Shown: positions 25,041 through 39,529, counted from the whole stretch's first letter. The stretch: DNA of 59,421 nt, filler included, from Sphacelaria rigidula (GCA_964200075.2; 9 parts of 9 records of this genome joined end to end with filler, not necessarily neighbours in it); one strand, 5' to 3'. A program made the numbers and translations. Notes: generated by a model not told the origin, from the letters alone.

Positions 25041-27214
25041 CCATATTTTTCGTGAGATTTGGGTTGCTCATCACTCGGAATGGATGTATGCTAACCCAGC
25101 TGATATCTCTCCCTAATCCTGACGACCATGACCCGAGCGGAGGTAGGTCGTGAACGCGCGGACACGCAGGCCCAGGATATGTTCATGCGTAGAGGGTAGT
25201 GTGATGCACAGTACTGGCCACGTCGTCTTGATGCAAGGCTTTGGAAGACTTGAACAACTGCTTAGATCTCGTGATCTGATCTGCACCCATCAGAGAGTTT
25301 CGGAAAACGTTTTTTTGTCATTTGAGAGTGTTAATAACTCAGGAATAGAGTTAACGAAAAACGTATTTTCCCCTCCGTCAAATATGGTATCCCCTTGAAT
25401 TTTCTCGATGAGATGTTTTTCTTTATCCTGCACTCAGATTGATGGGTTGATTGATTTTGATTGATCGTCGCACTTTAACTGACCACCCAGGGGTCCAGCC
25501 GTGGTCTCATGCTAGACGTACCCAACTGTGATCGTGAGATATTTGCCCTCTGAAATGACAACAAATTGTTTTCCGAAACTCTCCATAACGTCTTCCCTCG
25601 AGTCAGAGTCAATCTATCTGCACGAAAAATCACCGAAATTCGCACGATCTCTCCCAGATAGTAAAGCTAGTCATCTGAGGTGGTGGAGCCTGCCTGATCG
25701 TCTTTCACGAGAACTATGTCGCCGAAGAACCAAAGTAGGCACTCAACAATCATCTCCTCCCCAGAGGAAGCAATCTGAAATTGTAAAGCATAATCCGAGC
25801 CAAGTTATGGTATGCGTAGAAAACAACGAGGACACCGCTCCTAAGATGGGAGATCTGGATCGCGACTTGTCTCCGCAACCCACGTGGAATGCTGTCGTTG
25901 GAGGCGTTTTTCTCGCACGTACTCCGTAGATTCGGGCAAAACCCATGTTGTCTGTCCATACGACGGCTACAGGCGTTTGATTCCGAAAGAACCGCACTGT
26001 CGCTGCATTTTGGGCTTGTGCCATCAAGTGCCGATCAATAACGCGTTTCTCCACAGTTAGCTTGTTCGCACGGCACCTCTGTGTACAGGATCATGTTTGA
26101 ACAGAAGGCGTAGAGACCCTGGAAGAGGGCAAATTCCGAGCACGGCCTTGAAGCACGTCATCAGCAGACTGGTCATATCTCACAGTGACGGGTACACCTT
26201 GTATCGTGTGCGACTGCCCTAGACTATCTTCGAATCTCCAGTCGACACGTGATTCATAGCGCACATAAGAGTGATGCTACGGTAGGGGTACAGAAACAAT
26301 TTCTGAGGTTAGAATTGTTTGGAGCCTCTTATCTCATCCAAAACACGACTTATGAANNNNNNNNNNNNNNNNNNNNNNNNNNNNNNNNNNNNNNNNNNNN
26401 TTAATTAATTAANNNNNNNNNNNNNNNNNNNNNNNNNNNNNNNNNNNNNNNNNNNNTACAACGTTTTCCTCCTTGTGGATTGAACGATTGATGATGTGTC
26501 GGATCGCAGCGATGCTCGCCTTTTAAAGGTGTGGGAGAGAGATTATTTTTTCTTCGCTTCATGCTTTTGTACGAGTGTAGTGTAGAAGAGCCCTTTCTCG
26601 TTGAATTCCGAAATTCCTCGGCGTAATTACATTGTGCCGAGGTGACGTAATTCAACTGCATAAGGACTCGTCTAGGATGGGCTAGTGTGATGAAGCTCAG
26701 AGGCGTTGCAAGATATACTCTGTGCGGGTCTGCTCGTAGACCCTGGATTCCGTGACGCGTTGTTACCGCGTTTGCTACTGTCATAAGTTAGGGTTGTTTA
26801 GCCGCGGCCGCACGCAGCGGCCCCCCTTCTTGATCAGTTGCTGCCCTTGCCGTGGTCTACCCTGGGCCATCACTACGCTCTGCTTCTATGGCTGCCCCGC
26901 GGCTGTACTGAGTAAGAGAGCTGCTTGTAGATAAGACATGATGCTAAGCAAACACGTGAGTTCCTTATCAAGAGTCTGAACATGAACGAATCTACATTGT
27001 GATAAGTCAAGGGAGGATAGCTAGGTCTGTATGAGTTTGCCCACGTGGGAGCTTGGTGAGGCTGACACCATGGTATCTCCCGGCACTCATACTGATAGAC
27101 CCCAGCCACTGCATTAGCTAACTCCCTCCATATGACAGTTAGCGATACCACGCATTTCAAGAACTATAAGATCATAGCGCTCGAGAAGGCGATGGCAATG
27201 AAGCTGTATCGAAG

Positions 27215-27545
27215 ATTCGCGGTGGCGATTTCGCTATTGTGTCTAATGGTACCTGTGAGCGAATGATGCACGCAACTGTTCATACCTTGGAGGTCTGAGC
27301 TGAAGGAGGGTTCCAGTGTACTTTTGCACACGGAGAGTCCCAGATGGCGGCTGTCGTCGGTACATCTGAGGTCGACGCAAGAGACGGACTCCATGTGCAA
27401 GTGATTTGGGTCGGGTTTCGACGGCATGAAAACTTGTCGGAGCCGTTCGGAACTATTTTGGAAGGAAGGCCGTAGTGTGTATCATATGAGTTGCGCAAGT
27501 ATGGAGCTAGTGAAAAGATGCATTCGCTTCGTGGGTGAGAATGGT
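27215..27545 (+). pseudogene. Ty3/Gypsy integrase C-terminus with chromodomain (degraded)
   Basis: GDFAIV...LEV*AE..FQCTFAHGESQMAAVV...LHVQVIWVGFRRHENLSEPFGTI...ELRK fits the chromodomain pattern V-x-W-x-G-F...E-x-x-x-EP. Contains stops. Confidence 0.6.
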
Positions 27546-28799
27546 GTCAGTACGCCATTATTGGCAATTAGCGTTGACTGAACCGTAGACTGCACTGAGT
27601 TGGATTGAAACTCCTTTATTTTAGCGGTGTCGATGTTCAGCGTTGTGCCATATAACACTTTCCTTTCGTGGAGCATGACACTGCATTGCCTTGTGTCATT
27701 TAACCGACCGTAATTAGGTAGCATATATGTGACTGTCGGTGGCTACCGTATCTCAAGCTCGCTTTCTACTTCGACCAGTGCGGGGCTTTGGAGGTGCTGT
27801 AGAGTATGTCGCCCTGTATAAGTGCACATGATAATGCTGTCTGTTGATCCAGCGGTTTTGATACGAAGTTTACATGAGATGGGTCATTGGATATTCTCTG
27901 GAGTATGACCACGACTGCTCGACACATGATATGTGTGAGGGGCTGCTTCTGGTAACGGAGGAAACCTTCGGAGCAGTTATTTGACCTAATTTTGAGTCTA
28001 GACAGGTCTTCACTTCTCTAAACACAGCTTCGTGCCACTCAAAGCGGGATAATTCAAGCAGAGGGCGGGTATTGAACTTTGAATATCCCAAGGAAGCAGT
28101 AGTGCCGAGGTCGCTCGTACGGTATCTCTTGGATTTTCTCAACACATGATGCGCCAACCGCCGCCATGCTTCGTGCGCCTTGCATCGGGAGTTACACAGG
28201 TTCGCCTGTGAGTTCACGTGAGTGACACCCCTCAGCAATATACGATTAGTGCCAGAGCCCATACCAAGAGCGTGATGATGAAGACGTTGACAGCTTACGC
28301 CGATTCATCACGTACGTAGCAGGATGCTATACGCCTTTGCAAGGAGGCGACCCAATGTTTTGGTTGTATATCTATGGTTGATTATTTCAAACAAACTAAC
28401 AATAACGTCAAGCCTAACCCTAACCCCGACCTAAGGCGTACGATACCCTCGGGCAACGAGGGTGCATAGGTTCCCCTAGGCAGAGTGTGCGTTGGCAGAC
28501 CTGAAATCGACGCCGCAGTTGCCGATTTCGACGAAAACGCGTTCTCGACGAGCTGGGTCCACTGCTCATCTGCCCCGAACCATAAATTTTCTCAGAACGT
28601 TCTCAAGTCTAAAATCAAGTAGTCATGTTGTTGTTGACCATAGATATACGACCGGAGCTTTAGGTTGACTGTTTGCAAGCCATTACCCTATTCCGTGTGG
28701 GTAGGCACATGGTATTCCGCCGTAGGCGTGGTGACTGTGCACTGACAGACGGGCTGTGGATGCTACGGTACCTGACACACGGCCCTCTCGATGTGCCAT

Positions 28800-30015
28800 G
28801 ATCACAGGGAGCTGTCCTCACATTAGCCGCCCCTCCCGCCACCTGGGCCGAAAAGCTACAGATCTTCGGACATGGGGGCTTGGTGGTAATCCATCTCTCC
28901 CGGAGATTGATGTTCCCACGTGCTTGGCCCTTGTCTGGAGTGTGAAAATAATGATATCCGTGACCCCCTCACTGTGCGGAAATAACTCAATTGAGCTAGT
29001 GGAGTGGGGTCGAAACGAATTTTCGAACAACGCCTGGTTACGTCGACAAGGACTCTTCGATAAATTCCCACCAACCGTCGCCCTACGGCACACGACATTG
29101 ACATCACACAAGACGGCAGTTATGGGCGGGCCATGTAAACAGTGAGCGTGCGGCGCCGTGGATCTACAGGAACTGGGATCGCTGCCATCCATGCGTTCAT
29201 TTTTCATGTGGTGCAGACAATAAGCACGATGCTTGGCATGATTGGACGCGAGACTGCCCCGGGGTCGCAGTTGTGACGTGTGGGTATGCCGCTGGGGATG
29301 GAACTACCCTGGCGTCAACGCAATTCGAGTTGAGATTTCGCAAGGAACATACCCGATGGAAGTGCAAGCGATCGACGGCCTGCCCTACTGGGGGTGGTGC
29401 AACTTGAGTGACACTCAGGGCTGTGAATCTCTCCCGGAAATGACTACATGGACATTTCAGGGTTGAGAGCGAAGTCGGCGCGAGAGTAAACCAAATTCGT
29501 AGGGCTGAAAGATGACATTGTAAATGATACATGTTACTTGCGAAGGAGCGCGGCGGGAATGATTCGTCTACGTTATCGAGATCAAAGACACATGATTGGA
29601 TCACCGCGGTGAACAACACGGGCAAATGGCACGGTGCAGTGGAGAAAGTAATGGAAGAGGTCGGGGAGATATGGCGACGCAAATACAAACTCCCATCAGA
29701 TCTTCGCCACAGATGACAGGTTCATGCATCGAGAGTGGCTAATCGGAGAGCCCATCGCTGAAACAAGAGCAACAGCTTGCGAGGACTCCTGGATGGAAAT
29801 GATCGAGAAAGGATCCCGACTTGTACCCAACGAGCGATGCGTGGGGGAAGCTGGGATAACACTGAAAAAGATGTACCTCTGTCTTCTATAGGTTGTTGAC
29901 TTTTTCCTTGGACTGTGGTCTTGCGGTGTTCCCTATTTTACTCTTGTACATGCCCTACTCTGCCCTTGGGCTTCATCGCTTCCGTATTTTCCCCCCTTGT
30001 CTTTATTCTATCTCG
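28800..30015 (+). mobile_element. Degraded RTE-like LINE 3' portion
   Basis: PSLPEID...LA.W; RRPALLG...LPEMTT; HDWITAVNNTGKWHGAVEK (homologous to 4456-4560), then a T/C-rich UTR. Confidence 0.6.
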
Positions 30016-31127
30016 TTGTTTCTTCCCTCTCAGTGCTATGCAGGAGCAGCTTGGTGCCTTGTTTCTGTATGGCTCACGGATGAGAGCCCATGTCCAAATA
30101 CGATGGTCTGAAATGAAATGGCTAAGAGGCAATTTGCTCCCACGGCCTTTTGTTTCGCGTTGTGTACGGGTGCTTGCGTTTTCTTCGCACAAGGCCTACT
30201 TTTACCGCAAGTCGTGGTGCAGGGATCAGGCATTTCTAGTTTAATCTCGTCTCGAAAGCATATATATATATATATATACAAGCTTCCCCTCTGGAGGTTG
30301 GTACGGGCCTCTCGGGGATGACGCCAGTAAACATATGGTTGAGAGAGGGTGCTGTATCTCAAGGTACAGTACTGATCGTGGCTGTACAAAACATCGCATG
30401 CGTTTTCGGATGGGGACCTCGGATAAGGTTGACCAACTTGAGTAAGACGAATGTGAAGCTTGTACCATTGTTGGGCGGCAATAATTTCGACATGTGAGGC
30501 ATATGCGCAGCTGCTCATCAGCTGCGCACGTTGTGCGTGACCTTGCCAGTGTTTCGCCGGGGAAAATTGTCTTTTTCTTAGAGCGAAATAGACTCCTCCG
30601 TGAGAAATGGTGCATGATGGCAAATATCCTAATATCGCCCCGAGGTTCCGCACATCTTGTGCATACAGCTGCGGACCTGGAAGCATCGCCCAAGTGGAAG
30701 GAGTGGGCTCGAAGACGACCGAGGTGTGTTTATATACTGACGAGTAGTTCCTATCGCAAGTTGCATCGATAATGGTGCTGTCTGCTTGGAGAATTTGCAG
30801 AATCCGTGCAGCCTGTGCGAAAACCATCCCCCCCCGTCGAACCTTACCTCCGGTGTCGTGGCAGAGCACAGCGCTCGCATGACCCCACCGGCAGAGACTA
30901 GGAGGGTGTTTTCACCATCTACAGAAGTCATTTTTTTCCATAGCAAAAGATTGTGTTGAAATATATCCATGCTATACGTAGAACGATGTGACTGAAGTTC
31001 GAAAAAGTTGAAACCTTTTTACCGCACCAGTACATTGGCCATTTGGAATGCCGTGTACTGCACCAACAGCACATCATAGCAGCAAGATAGAGCACACCAC
31101 AGCGCAGCGCAGCACTGTACAGTTCAT

Positions 31128-31185
31128 CACAGTACAGTACAGTACAGTACAATACAATACAGTTCGGTACAAAACAGTACAGTAA
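31128..31185 (+). repeat. (ACAGT)n microsatellite
   Basis: Tandem ACAGT/ACAAT units. Confidence 0.85.
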
Positions 31186-31263
31186 AGTTCAGTGAAGTAG
31201 AGAGCATTGTGCTGCCGGCGAGGGATATAGTATTAGATATGTGCTGAAGGGTGTTCACAGCAA

Positions 31264-31852
31264 GAAACATACAATTCCATAAAATGAGGTTGTACGATGA
31301 AATGAGATTCAAGCCCACAACAGTGCTTCCCTCACCCTTTCAGCGATGGTGCTCAATGACGTTTTTGTCAGCCTAATGCCCCTTGATCGCGTAGATACTT
31401 CTTCAGCGCATTTTGCCGACTCTGTGAGCATACAGCGCTGACCAAAACCGTCATTTTCCCTGATTTTTTCAGGAGGGGGGGGGGGGGGGGGGGGATAACG
31501 GAAAAAGGACGTTTTGTTCAGCGCTGTAAGCCCACAGGGGCGGGAAAACGGGCAAAAGAAATATCCACGNNNNNNNNNNATTCCTGCAGTGTTCTGGTGT
31601 TGTCTTTCTTTCTTGTGTTGGTGGGGTGGGTGGGGGGTGGGGGGTGGTATCACGGAAAACGACAGTTTTGTTCAGCGCTGTAAGCTCACAGAGTCGGTAA
31701 AATGCGCAAAAGAAATATCTACGCCATCGAGGGGCATTAGGCCGACAAAAAAACGATCATGGGCCACCATCGCTGAAAGTGTGGGGAACGCACCGTTTTG
31801 GGCTTGAACCTCATATCATCGTACAACCTCATCTTACAGAATTGCCTGTTTC
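31264..31852. mobile_element. MITE with ~200-bp TIRs
   Basis: 31264-31465 is the reverse complement of 31649-31852 (e.g. ATGAGGTTGTACGATGA / TCATCGTACAACCTCAT; GACTCTGTGAGC / GCTCACAGAGTC). The centre contains an assembly gap. Confidence 0.85.
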
Positions 31853-33069
31853 GAAGAAAACGCTATATATAACACAAGTGTGTATAGAGCAATGTGATGA
31901 AGACGTGTCTCCATCACTTTAGGAAAACAGCGGGACCGTAGTAAAAATCGACAGCTCGTGTTGTACACAAGCGAATGTACAACTCGCACTTAGTGTCTGT
32001 CTCGAGCAGGAGAAGGAGTTCAAGTTAGTAATCTGATACCCGGAATCAAGTAACCATCTCATGGCGTGGATCGAGATTTCCGGCGTTGACATGGACTTAG
32101 ATTTCGACTTCTCAATTTTAATGGTACTTTAGTACCACGATAGCACGCCGCGACCACTACATGCGACAGAGAAATATACCTCCGTCGCCACAGGAGGTGC
32201 GAGCATGAGAACGGCAGGGTAGATGACACGTTGGTGTTCAATCCCCACCCGACCACCCCCCTGTACATACACTCGCGGCAGATGTGGAGGATCCCCAGGG
32301 CTAACTCATGGGATGCAACGCGCCTGCTGAGACGCCGCCCGGGGCAGCCCGAGCGTCACATACGACACCAGAACCAATCCCGAGGTAAGAGCATCTTCAA
32401 TTCACTATTGTAGTAACCTGCAGTGCCGATGTCAAATATGAGGGCAGTGGCTGGGAGGTGGTGGGGGGAGCGCACTCGGGACCAGATCCTATCAGTGAAA
32501 CCGACGGCGTAGATGGCCGCGCACGGGGGCAATCACGCAACGAGAAAGGCCGGTCAACAGCGAAGCATGCAAAGGGCGAGTCGGCTGCATCACGCGGAAG
32601 GGGCGCAGCAAGTGGAGCGAGCAACGCGCCAGGGGCACCTGTTGATATGACCGATGGTGAGGGGCGTTACTGGCACGGCGGCGGGAAGCAGAGGGCAAGC
32701 GGGGCGCATCCGGGATAAGAGCCCATCAATGGCTACTCTTGCGACGGCGGATTAGATTAACCATTTTGGGGCCGGATGTTGGAAAATGAGGCTGCGGAGC
32801 CATGGTCTTCAACGCTTCGTATGGTATAGACTTTATGTATGTAGTGTTGGGATCGCAGGTGACGGTCACGAAGGTTTGGTCTGATGTGAGGATATGATGT
32901 GGGATAGCAGTTGTGATGCATGAACCACTCTCCTCGGTTGACCGTTCAACACGGTGGGTTGTTTGGACTNNNNNNNNNNNNNNNNNNNNNNNNNNNNNNN
33001 NNNNNNNNNNNNNTTAATTAATTAANNNNNNNNNNNNNNNNNNNNNNNNNNNNNNNNNNNNNNNNNNNN

Positions 33070-33156
33070 GGAACGATGCTTTGTCTCGAACGGGATGCGT
33101 GGTCAATGGTCAAACGACTGAGACAAGCAACAAATGAGTCCCCCCCCCCCCCCCCC
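33070..33156 (+). mobile_element. 3' end of the C-tailed LINE family (other copies 19843-19892, 35204-35280 -, 39403-39530, 56360-56481)
   Basis: GGAACGATGCT...GGGATGCGTGGTCAATGGTCAAACGACTGAGACAAGCAACAAATGAGT followed by poly(C). Confidence 0.85.
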
Positions 33157-33269
33157 GCGCGCTCCTCACAAACTCGCCACTTTCCCCAATGCCTCCTACT
33201 TCTCAGGGTAACTTCACTTATCATTCCACAATGCTGTCCTCTTGAGTGAATATAATCGTTGCGGTGCTC

Positions 33270-33700
33270 AACGTCCGATGAGCAAGTTCAAGAATTGCGA
33301 ACTGACGATCCCACAACTGCATACGGTGCTGCCATTTTCCCAACATTCAACGCAGTATTCCTGCGTTTCACGAAACAACTGAATTCCGGAAACCCCCAGC
33401 AGGTGTGCCGTGATAGGAGACGGGCATTGTGTCATTTTGAGTATCTGATATTCCTCGGAGTTTGCCACACGACCGAAACCATGTGCTACAACCAAAACTG
33501 GGTCAGAGTCATCGGACATACACACAAACAAGGCGCAATCCAGCGAAAAGCGTTATTCCGTTTGAGAGTGAGTGTCACCGCGATGAATATTTGACCAGCA
33601 GCGCAGATTGCTGTACTCAAAAACTCCAAGTAACACGGGGAGCAATCGGTGCTTTTGTTGCTTTTATCGAATTCATACAATTCTTCCGCTTTTCATGCTC
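33270..33700 (-). pseudogene. Possible PIF/Harbinger transposase remnant (similar remnant at ~35640-35920)
   Basis: NCMNSIKATKAPIAPR...HNARLLSR..WGF...VGK..PYAV...RNS*TC, and at 35.7-35.9 kb ICRPRGG...RSMEVALGHLSVIFQGLDF. Loosely matches Harbinger DDE motifs (IDGT..I.RP; R..VEW.FG; N..TC); by eye only. Confidence 0.3.
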
Positions 33701-36700
33701 CCTGTCCCCAGACCTAGAAACTGAAGCCAGCGTGTGTTCCCGTCGAAAGATTTTAACTCACGACTTTTGCGATTATCTCACATGTTCGGTCACAACGTCA
33801 GCCCCGCCATGCTCGAAACATTTGGAAGACACCCACACATAAAAAAAACAGAGACACGACGTCTTGAGAAATTCAACGTATGCAACGTTTGTGATTTCCT
33901 CTTCTCATTTCTCATCGACAGGACGACCGACCCGTTTGCTCGTCATGATGGAAAACACATGACGAAATATGAGAAAAAGAAAGTGATCATCAGAAGTAAA
34001 AAAAACGGATCCCACATGGTAAAGCTCCGACGAAAGCGGAGGAGATGCCTCCTCGCCCCGAAGACCCCACGATTCTCTTCCTCCCGCTCTTCGCTCACTC
34101 CCAGTTCCAAAAGGCAGCCTTGTCTCCTCCAGATGTAACGGCGAAGCTAACTCAGCCAAATCCCCCGTCTGCTGCTGATGGCGTCGATCGCGGGATGAAC
34201 CACCACGACCACGACTGCGACTGCGACCACCGCCGCCGCCGCCATCAGCATGAGACACGACGCGGCCGGTATCATTCTCGTGAGGTTTGGCGTTTCGGGT
34301 TGGTTTGTGCTTGACGGCCACATGCGTCGGCGCCCGTCGACCTCGCTCCCGTGCGCCACCGGTGGTTGCTTTTCTTTTTGCTGGGCCATCTTGTGGCGGC
34401 GGGAACGATGGTTCGTGTGATGGTTCAGACGGACAGACGGTGGCTTCCTGTTTTTCATGATGTCACGCGCGCGCGCGATACGTGAGATACGGAATAAGCA
34501 CACGGTCGTGTCCTCAAAAAAATAAGCGAAACCTATCGTAGTGTTGAGGACTGGCGGTTCAGTTTATGTGGGTCTTCATTTCGGAAACGATTTCAGCGCA
34601 AGCAAAGCAAGCCAGGAATGCTGCTGCAGAGAACGGAAGGGGGGGATTCAGTGTACCGCCTTGAGAAGAACGGTACAATTGTGCAGCAAATATTTCAAGT
34701 TTGCAGACGAAGTAGTTTGTACGCCCGCAGCGATGGTTGGTCGCTGTTGTCAGGAAGATGTACTTTGATAAGCGAACGACTTCTCGTCGTGATAACTGCT
34801 TCCCCGGCGGCAGCGGTGGCAGCAACAGCAGCCGCCGCAGCCGCAGAAGAGTCCAAGCGCCGGTTACGGACCAAAACGTGAGGGCTGCTCCATCGAGCGT
34901 ATGCCGCACCGAAACCTTTGCCACTAAAAAGCGACGCGACCAACGTTGACTCACTATAAAAGGGTGAAGCACCGAGTATATTTCCAGTAGGTGACACCTT
35001 CGCTGGTGATGGACACAACAAAAATACACTTCAAGTTTTCCGAAAACGTACGGCACTGGTCTGGGTTTAAGCGAACTATATTTGAAAATATTGTCAAGTG
35101 TAAAGTCTATGCTTCAATGATAAAATACAAGGCTGAAGGCACTATTACGGCAGGGGGGGGGGGGGGGTGGGAACCTAAATTTCTATTCCATTNNNNNNNN
35201 NNCATTGACCACGCATCCCTTTCGAGACGGAGCACCGTTCGTACTCCCAATAGAGACACCTTCAACATTCTGGCGCTGGGGGAAGGGGAGGGACCGAAAC
35301 CTTGAGGTGTAACTGTCCTCGTTGGTTGGGCTTATGACGCTGTTCGTTATACTCTACCGAAAGTCGAGGAAAACATATGAATTCGTGTTGACCGGTCGTC
35401 AGCACGCAGTATTGGTCTTCAGCGTATCAATCGACACCGAGAGAGGCACGACCCGTGCCGACATTTTACAGACCTCAGCTAAGGTCTGCCCCCATGTACC
35501 TACCAGGGGCTTTCAGCACCGCAAGAGAAAAACGCTGTTGCTTTCAATGATAAAGAAAAGGCTGTTGCACTATATTCATCGGTGCAGAAATAGCACATAG
35601 CCCACACAGGAATGGAGAGAAGGAAAATGATTTTTTTCGAGCCAAAATTGTGGAAAGTTACGCCCGACAACAAAATGAAATCCAACCCCTGGAAGATGAC
35701 TGACAAATGACCCAAGGCGACCTCCATCGAACGGGGCGTACCGAGCTAGCTAGCTCAACATGTCGAACCTGAGGCCAGAGCATCAAACGAGCACAAAGCA
35801 AGCACCTTTCCGCCGCAGGTTCGTAGCGAGTGCCCTGTGAGCAGTTTCTCAATCGAGCCAAGACACGTCGACTGCTGCGGCCGCCCCGGGGACGACAGAT
35901 AGTATCGACAGATAGGTACCAGCATTATGGTATGGATGGGGCTGCGACGTATCGAGTACCTAGCTGTTTCGATGGCCGAGAGAGCGAGTGCCTGTCTACA
36001 TTTTGATGCCGCCACTTGCTGGCACTAACGTCAATGCCAAAGCCAACGCGTTGGAGATCATAACGTGCCAGGATCCGGGAACGAGTATTTTGATTTTTGG
36101 GGTCATGCATGAACTAGTTCCGGCTTCTATCGATACCCAAACTGATGCCAATGCCGAAATCAACTTCAGGATCGATCGCTCAGGGTGTCATAACACTCCG
36201 GCATCATGGCGCTTATTTGGTAGCTGTCTAGTCGGGGTCCTTGTTCTCGTAACGGAGGTATTCAGTCTCGACGACTGTAAAAGCCCCTTCGCTCTCGAGG
36301 CCCTTTTCTTCACTTTTCACATCAACCCCCCATCCCCCACCACTTCGCATTTATGATCTCAAGTTAGCATTCATTCTCCATTGATTTTCAATAGTCTAGA
36401 CATGCTCATTTCCCTTCAGAGTAAGCTGCGGCAGACTTTGCCAAAACCACCCTTCAGTAGCACGGAACACTACGACATATAGTATTGTCATAAGGACATG
36501 TTCCCCTCTCCTCATGCTTAGGGGTGTGTAGCTCTAACGTTGCCGACTACATGTACACGTGCAGAAAACATGGACAATATTTTTGCTGAGCCCCCTGCGG
36601 ACGAACCTAGAGCGAAAATAGGAAGAAACTCAAAACTAAAAAATATAGATATTCTTGTCTACGTATATGCATGAAGTGCAAAACAGTTTCAGCCCTTCGT

Positions 36701-36970
36701 GCGCGAGATGAAATAAATTGCCCATATATCAACCCCTGGAAATATGTGAACAGGTAAAAAAACAATGCCGATGGTCAGCCGTCCACATTCATCCGAGAAG
36801 AATCCTCCCGCTCGGAGGCTTTACGATGGGGCAACATTCTTCTCCATCCCTTCTCCGCAGAAAAATGGATACGTGCGAGAGCTATCAGAAAAGTCAGCGT
36901 CCGAAAATATCACCGTCTCGTGAGAGAGGGAGTTACCCATCTCGCCCTCCCTCTGACACTCTACATTCAC

Positions 36971-37135
36971 CTGACGCTCGCAGTCTCTGATAGCTAGTGC
37001 CTCTCTGAGGCGATCAGCCTCCTGCTGTCTCTCCTGTACGATCGCCATGATCTCTTTCGCCCTCGCTTCAGCCATGCCAACTTCGAGGGACAGTGCCGCG
37101 CGCTCGCTTTCCGCCCCTGACGCTGCCCTGGCACC
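36971..37135 (-). CDS. Candidate host exon (55 aa, coiled-coil, phase 0-0)
   Basis: Minus strand: pyrimidine tract + CATAG| GARAASGAESERAALSLEVGMAEARAKEIMAIVQERQQEADRLREALAIRDCERQ |GTGAAT. 165 nt, no stops. Confidence 0.55.
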
Positions 37136-37249
37136 CTATGCATCGGATATGTACGAAGGGGGGGGACGTAAAAGTGCAAAATTCAGACAGCAGCAAAAAC
37201 GTAAGAGGCGCACGGATAGAGTACATAGACGAGTAATAACACATGGTAA

Positions 37250-39020
37250 ATAATACATATGATTTGTCGACCTCCAACAGGCCTTTGATTCGGTCGGCTG
37301 AGAGCTCCTATGGTAGGTGCTTGCTGGAGTTGGTATTCCGTATGAGATTATAGCAGTTATCCGCCAATTCCACGATGGCATGCAGGCCCCCGTGCGCATG
37401 GACGACGGGGAGCTCTCGGAATGGTTCGGGGTCACTCAGGGACTACGGCAAGGGCGTGTGCTGGCTCCGCTACTGTTCAATATATTTTTAGCTGCGGCGC
37501 TCTAGATAGTTCTCATGTGATTCAGCGAGGACGAAATCATCCTCAAGGACATGGTATATCTCGACGAGGAGACGGTGAGAGGGACGGAGACACCTCCGGA
37601 AAGCGTACGGAGAGCGGTGTGGGAAATGCTATGTGTCCATGACGCGGCTGTCGTCTCGAGGTCCCCTGACGGCCTGGCGAGGATGATGGCCGTTATCGTA
37701 CGCGTGTTTGGGGCCTTCAGACTGACAGTGTCGAAGACGAAGACAGAGACTCTACTGATGCGAGTACCCGAATTCCGCCACAGAAGGAGGAGCCACCAAC
37801 GCCACTTCCCCCACCACTGGTCATCGAAGCAGCGGGCCAGAAGTACGCACAAACCACGAAGTTCCGACACTTGGGTGGGCTCGTCACTGAAGATGGCGAC
37901 CTCACACAAGACATCAACAACCGGAGCAAAGCTGCGTGGGCGTGCATCAGAAAGGTTTCCCGGGAGCTCTGTGATCGACCGAAAACACAATGGAGACTCA
38001 AGGTCCGACTGCTGAAAGCAGAGGCGATGGAGGCCCTAATGTACGGATGCATGTCGTGGGCCCCGCGCCGCGAGCACTACCGGTTGTTAGGAAGGTACAC
38101 TATCGGCTCCTCCTACGAGTTATCGGGTACCGCCGAGTGCGTGGCATATACCGACAGTTACCGTACGCCCAGGCCCTCAAGAAGACCGGATGCCAAAGCG
38201 CTGAAGCCATCGTCCAGCAACGGCGATTGCTGTTCGCTGGAGCCCTCGCTAGACAACCGGACGGACGACTACCGAAGCGATTGCCATTCGGAACACTCGT
38301 GGGGGGGGGGGAGGATCCAGGACCAGGGTGCCGGGAGTAACTCTGGCTGAAGTGCCTGTGAAACGATTGTCAAGCTTTCGGAGCCACGAACGGCTCTACG
38401 GACGACAACCGTCAGGTTTTCGGAGTTGAAAGTGTCCTATGGCCTTCAGCAGCGAAGAAGGAAGGGGGGATACCATGGCACGCGGGGTTGCTACAGGGAG
38501 CGGGGAGGTTCATGACCTCTTGGCACAAGATCGAGGAAGAGGCCAGCCGATTACGTACGATTGTTCGGGAGCTTTGAGGAGAGCAGGGAGGAGACGGAAG
38601 AGTGGGACAATGCGTAATCAGCTTTTACCGAACTGAACATGGCGGTAGGACTGCCCACCATCTCCCCCCGAGGTGGTGTATTATGTAGGGCTGTCACTGT
38701 TATGACTCGTGTAGTCATACACATGGCTGTCCCTCTAGAGATACAAGAATAGAATCCTGCGATTCGGATCGCTTAGGCTGGGTGATGATCTTGGTCCTCA
38801 AAGTTGTTTCTCTTCCTGTTTGGCTTCGCGTGTTGAGTGGACCAATGGGCCCTGCCTTCCGTAGCCCGAATGGTCACACACGGCATCGGAACTTAGGAGG
38901 CTAGCAGTATTTTCCCTTCCTCTTTTTCTTCGTTATTATTATATTTCTTCCTGTATCCCGTCTGCATGAATTGTCTGGGTTCGATTTTATTTGTATTTCA
39001 TTCTCACCTCATTTTAGGGT
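37250..39020 (+). pseudogene. RTE-clade LINE reverse transcriptase pseudogene plus 3'UTR
   Basis: FVDLQQAFDSV...IRQFHDGM...[17 protein letters not shown]...KTKTE...HLGG...EALMYGCMSW...RRLLFAGALARQPDGRLPK, with stops and frameshifts. Confidence 0.92.
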
Positions 39021-39112
39021 AGTTAGCCTGTGAATACAGAAGGCGTCCGCATCAGATGCCCAGTACGGACTACTGCGCAGATATCGGAACGGTTTTTAAT
39101 GTGAAGAAAACG

Positions 39113-39141
39113 ACAACAACAACAACAACAACAACAACAAC
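39113..39141 (+). repeat. (CAA)n microsatellite
   Basis: About nine tandem CAA units. Confidence 0.9.
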
Positions 39142-39496
39142 GACATGTATGGCTGTGCAAAGCGGGCGAAGCATTCCAAATTTGTTCGTCTATTGCCGCA
39201 AACGCAGCGAACCCACTACAGAATGATGTCGTCAAAACTCAACTCGTACAGGAAAGGGACACGAGGGAGCGGGTACTCATGGTTTAGTTTTCTCCCTGCG
39301 TGAAACGACACTACGTGGTCTTCTCTCTCGTAGCCTCGATATATTTACGTCTTTATTTTGTGCCCGTATCCCCCCCCCCCGCCGCCGCGCGCGCGGTGTC
39401 TCTATTGGGAGTAGGAACAGTGCTCCGTCTCGAAAGGGATGCGTGGCCAATGGTCACACGACTAAGGCAAGCAGCAAATGAGTACGCCCCCTCCCC

Positions 39497-39529
<33 letters not shown>

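Noticed and set aside
30036..30869. 277-aa ORF as a gene or piggyBac transposase remnant
   Set aside because: Only a faint resemblance (AQLMSS...WYKL...NA..LY). It lacks the catalytic aspartates and runs through a (TA)n tract.
31495..31569. Third partial arm inside the 31264-31852 MITE
   Set aside because: It sits between a poly-G run and an N gap and duplicates the sequence after the gap. Likely a low-quality assembly overlap.
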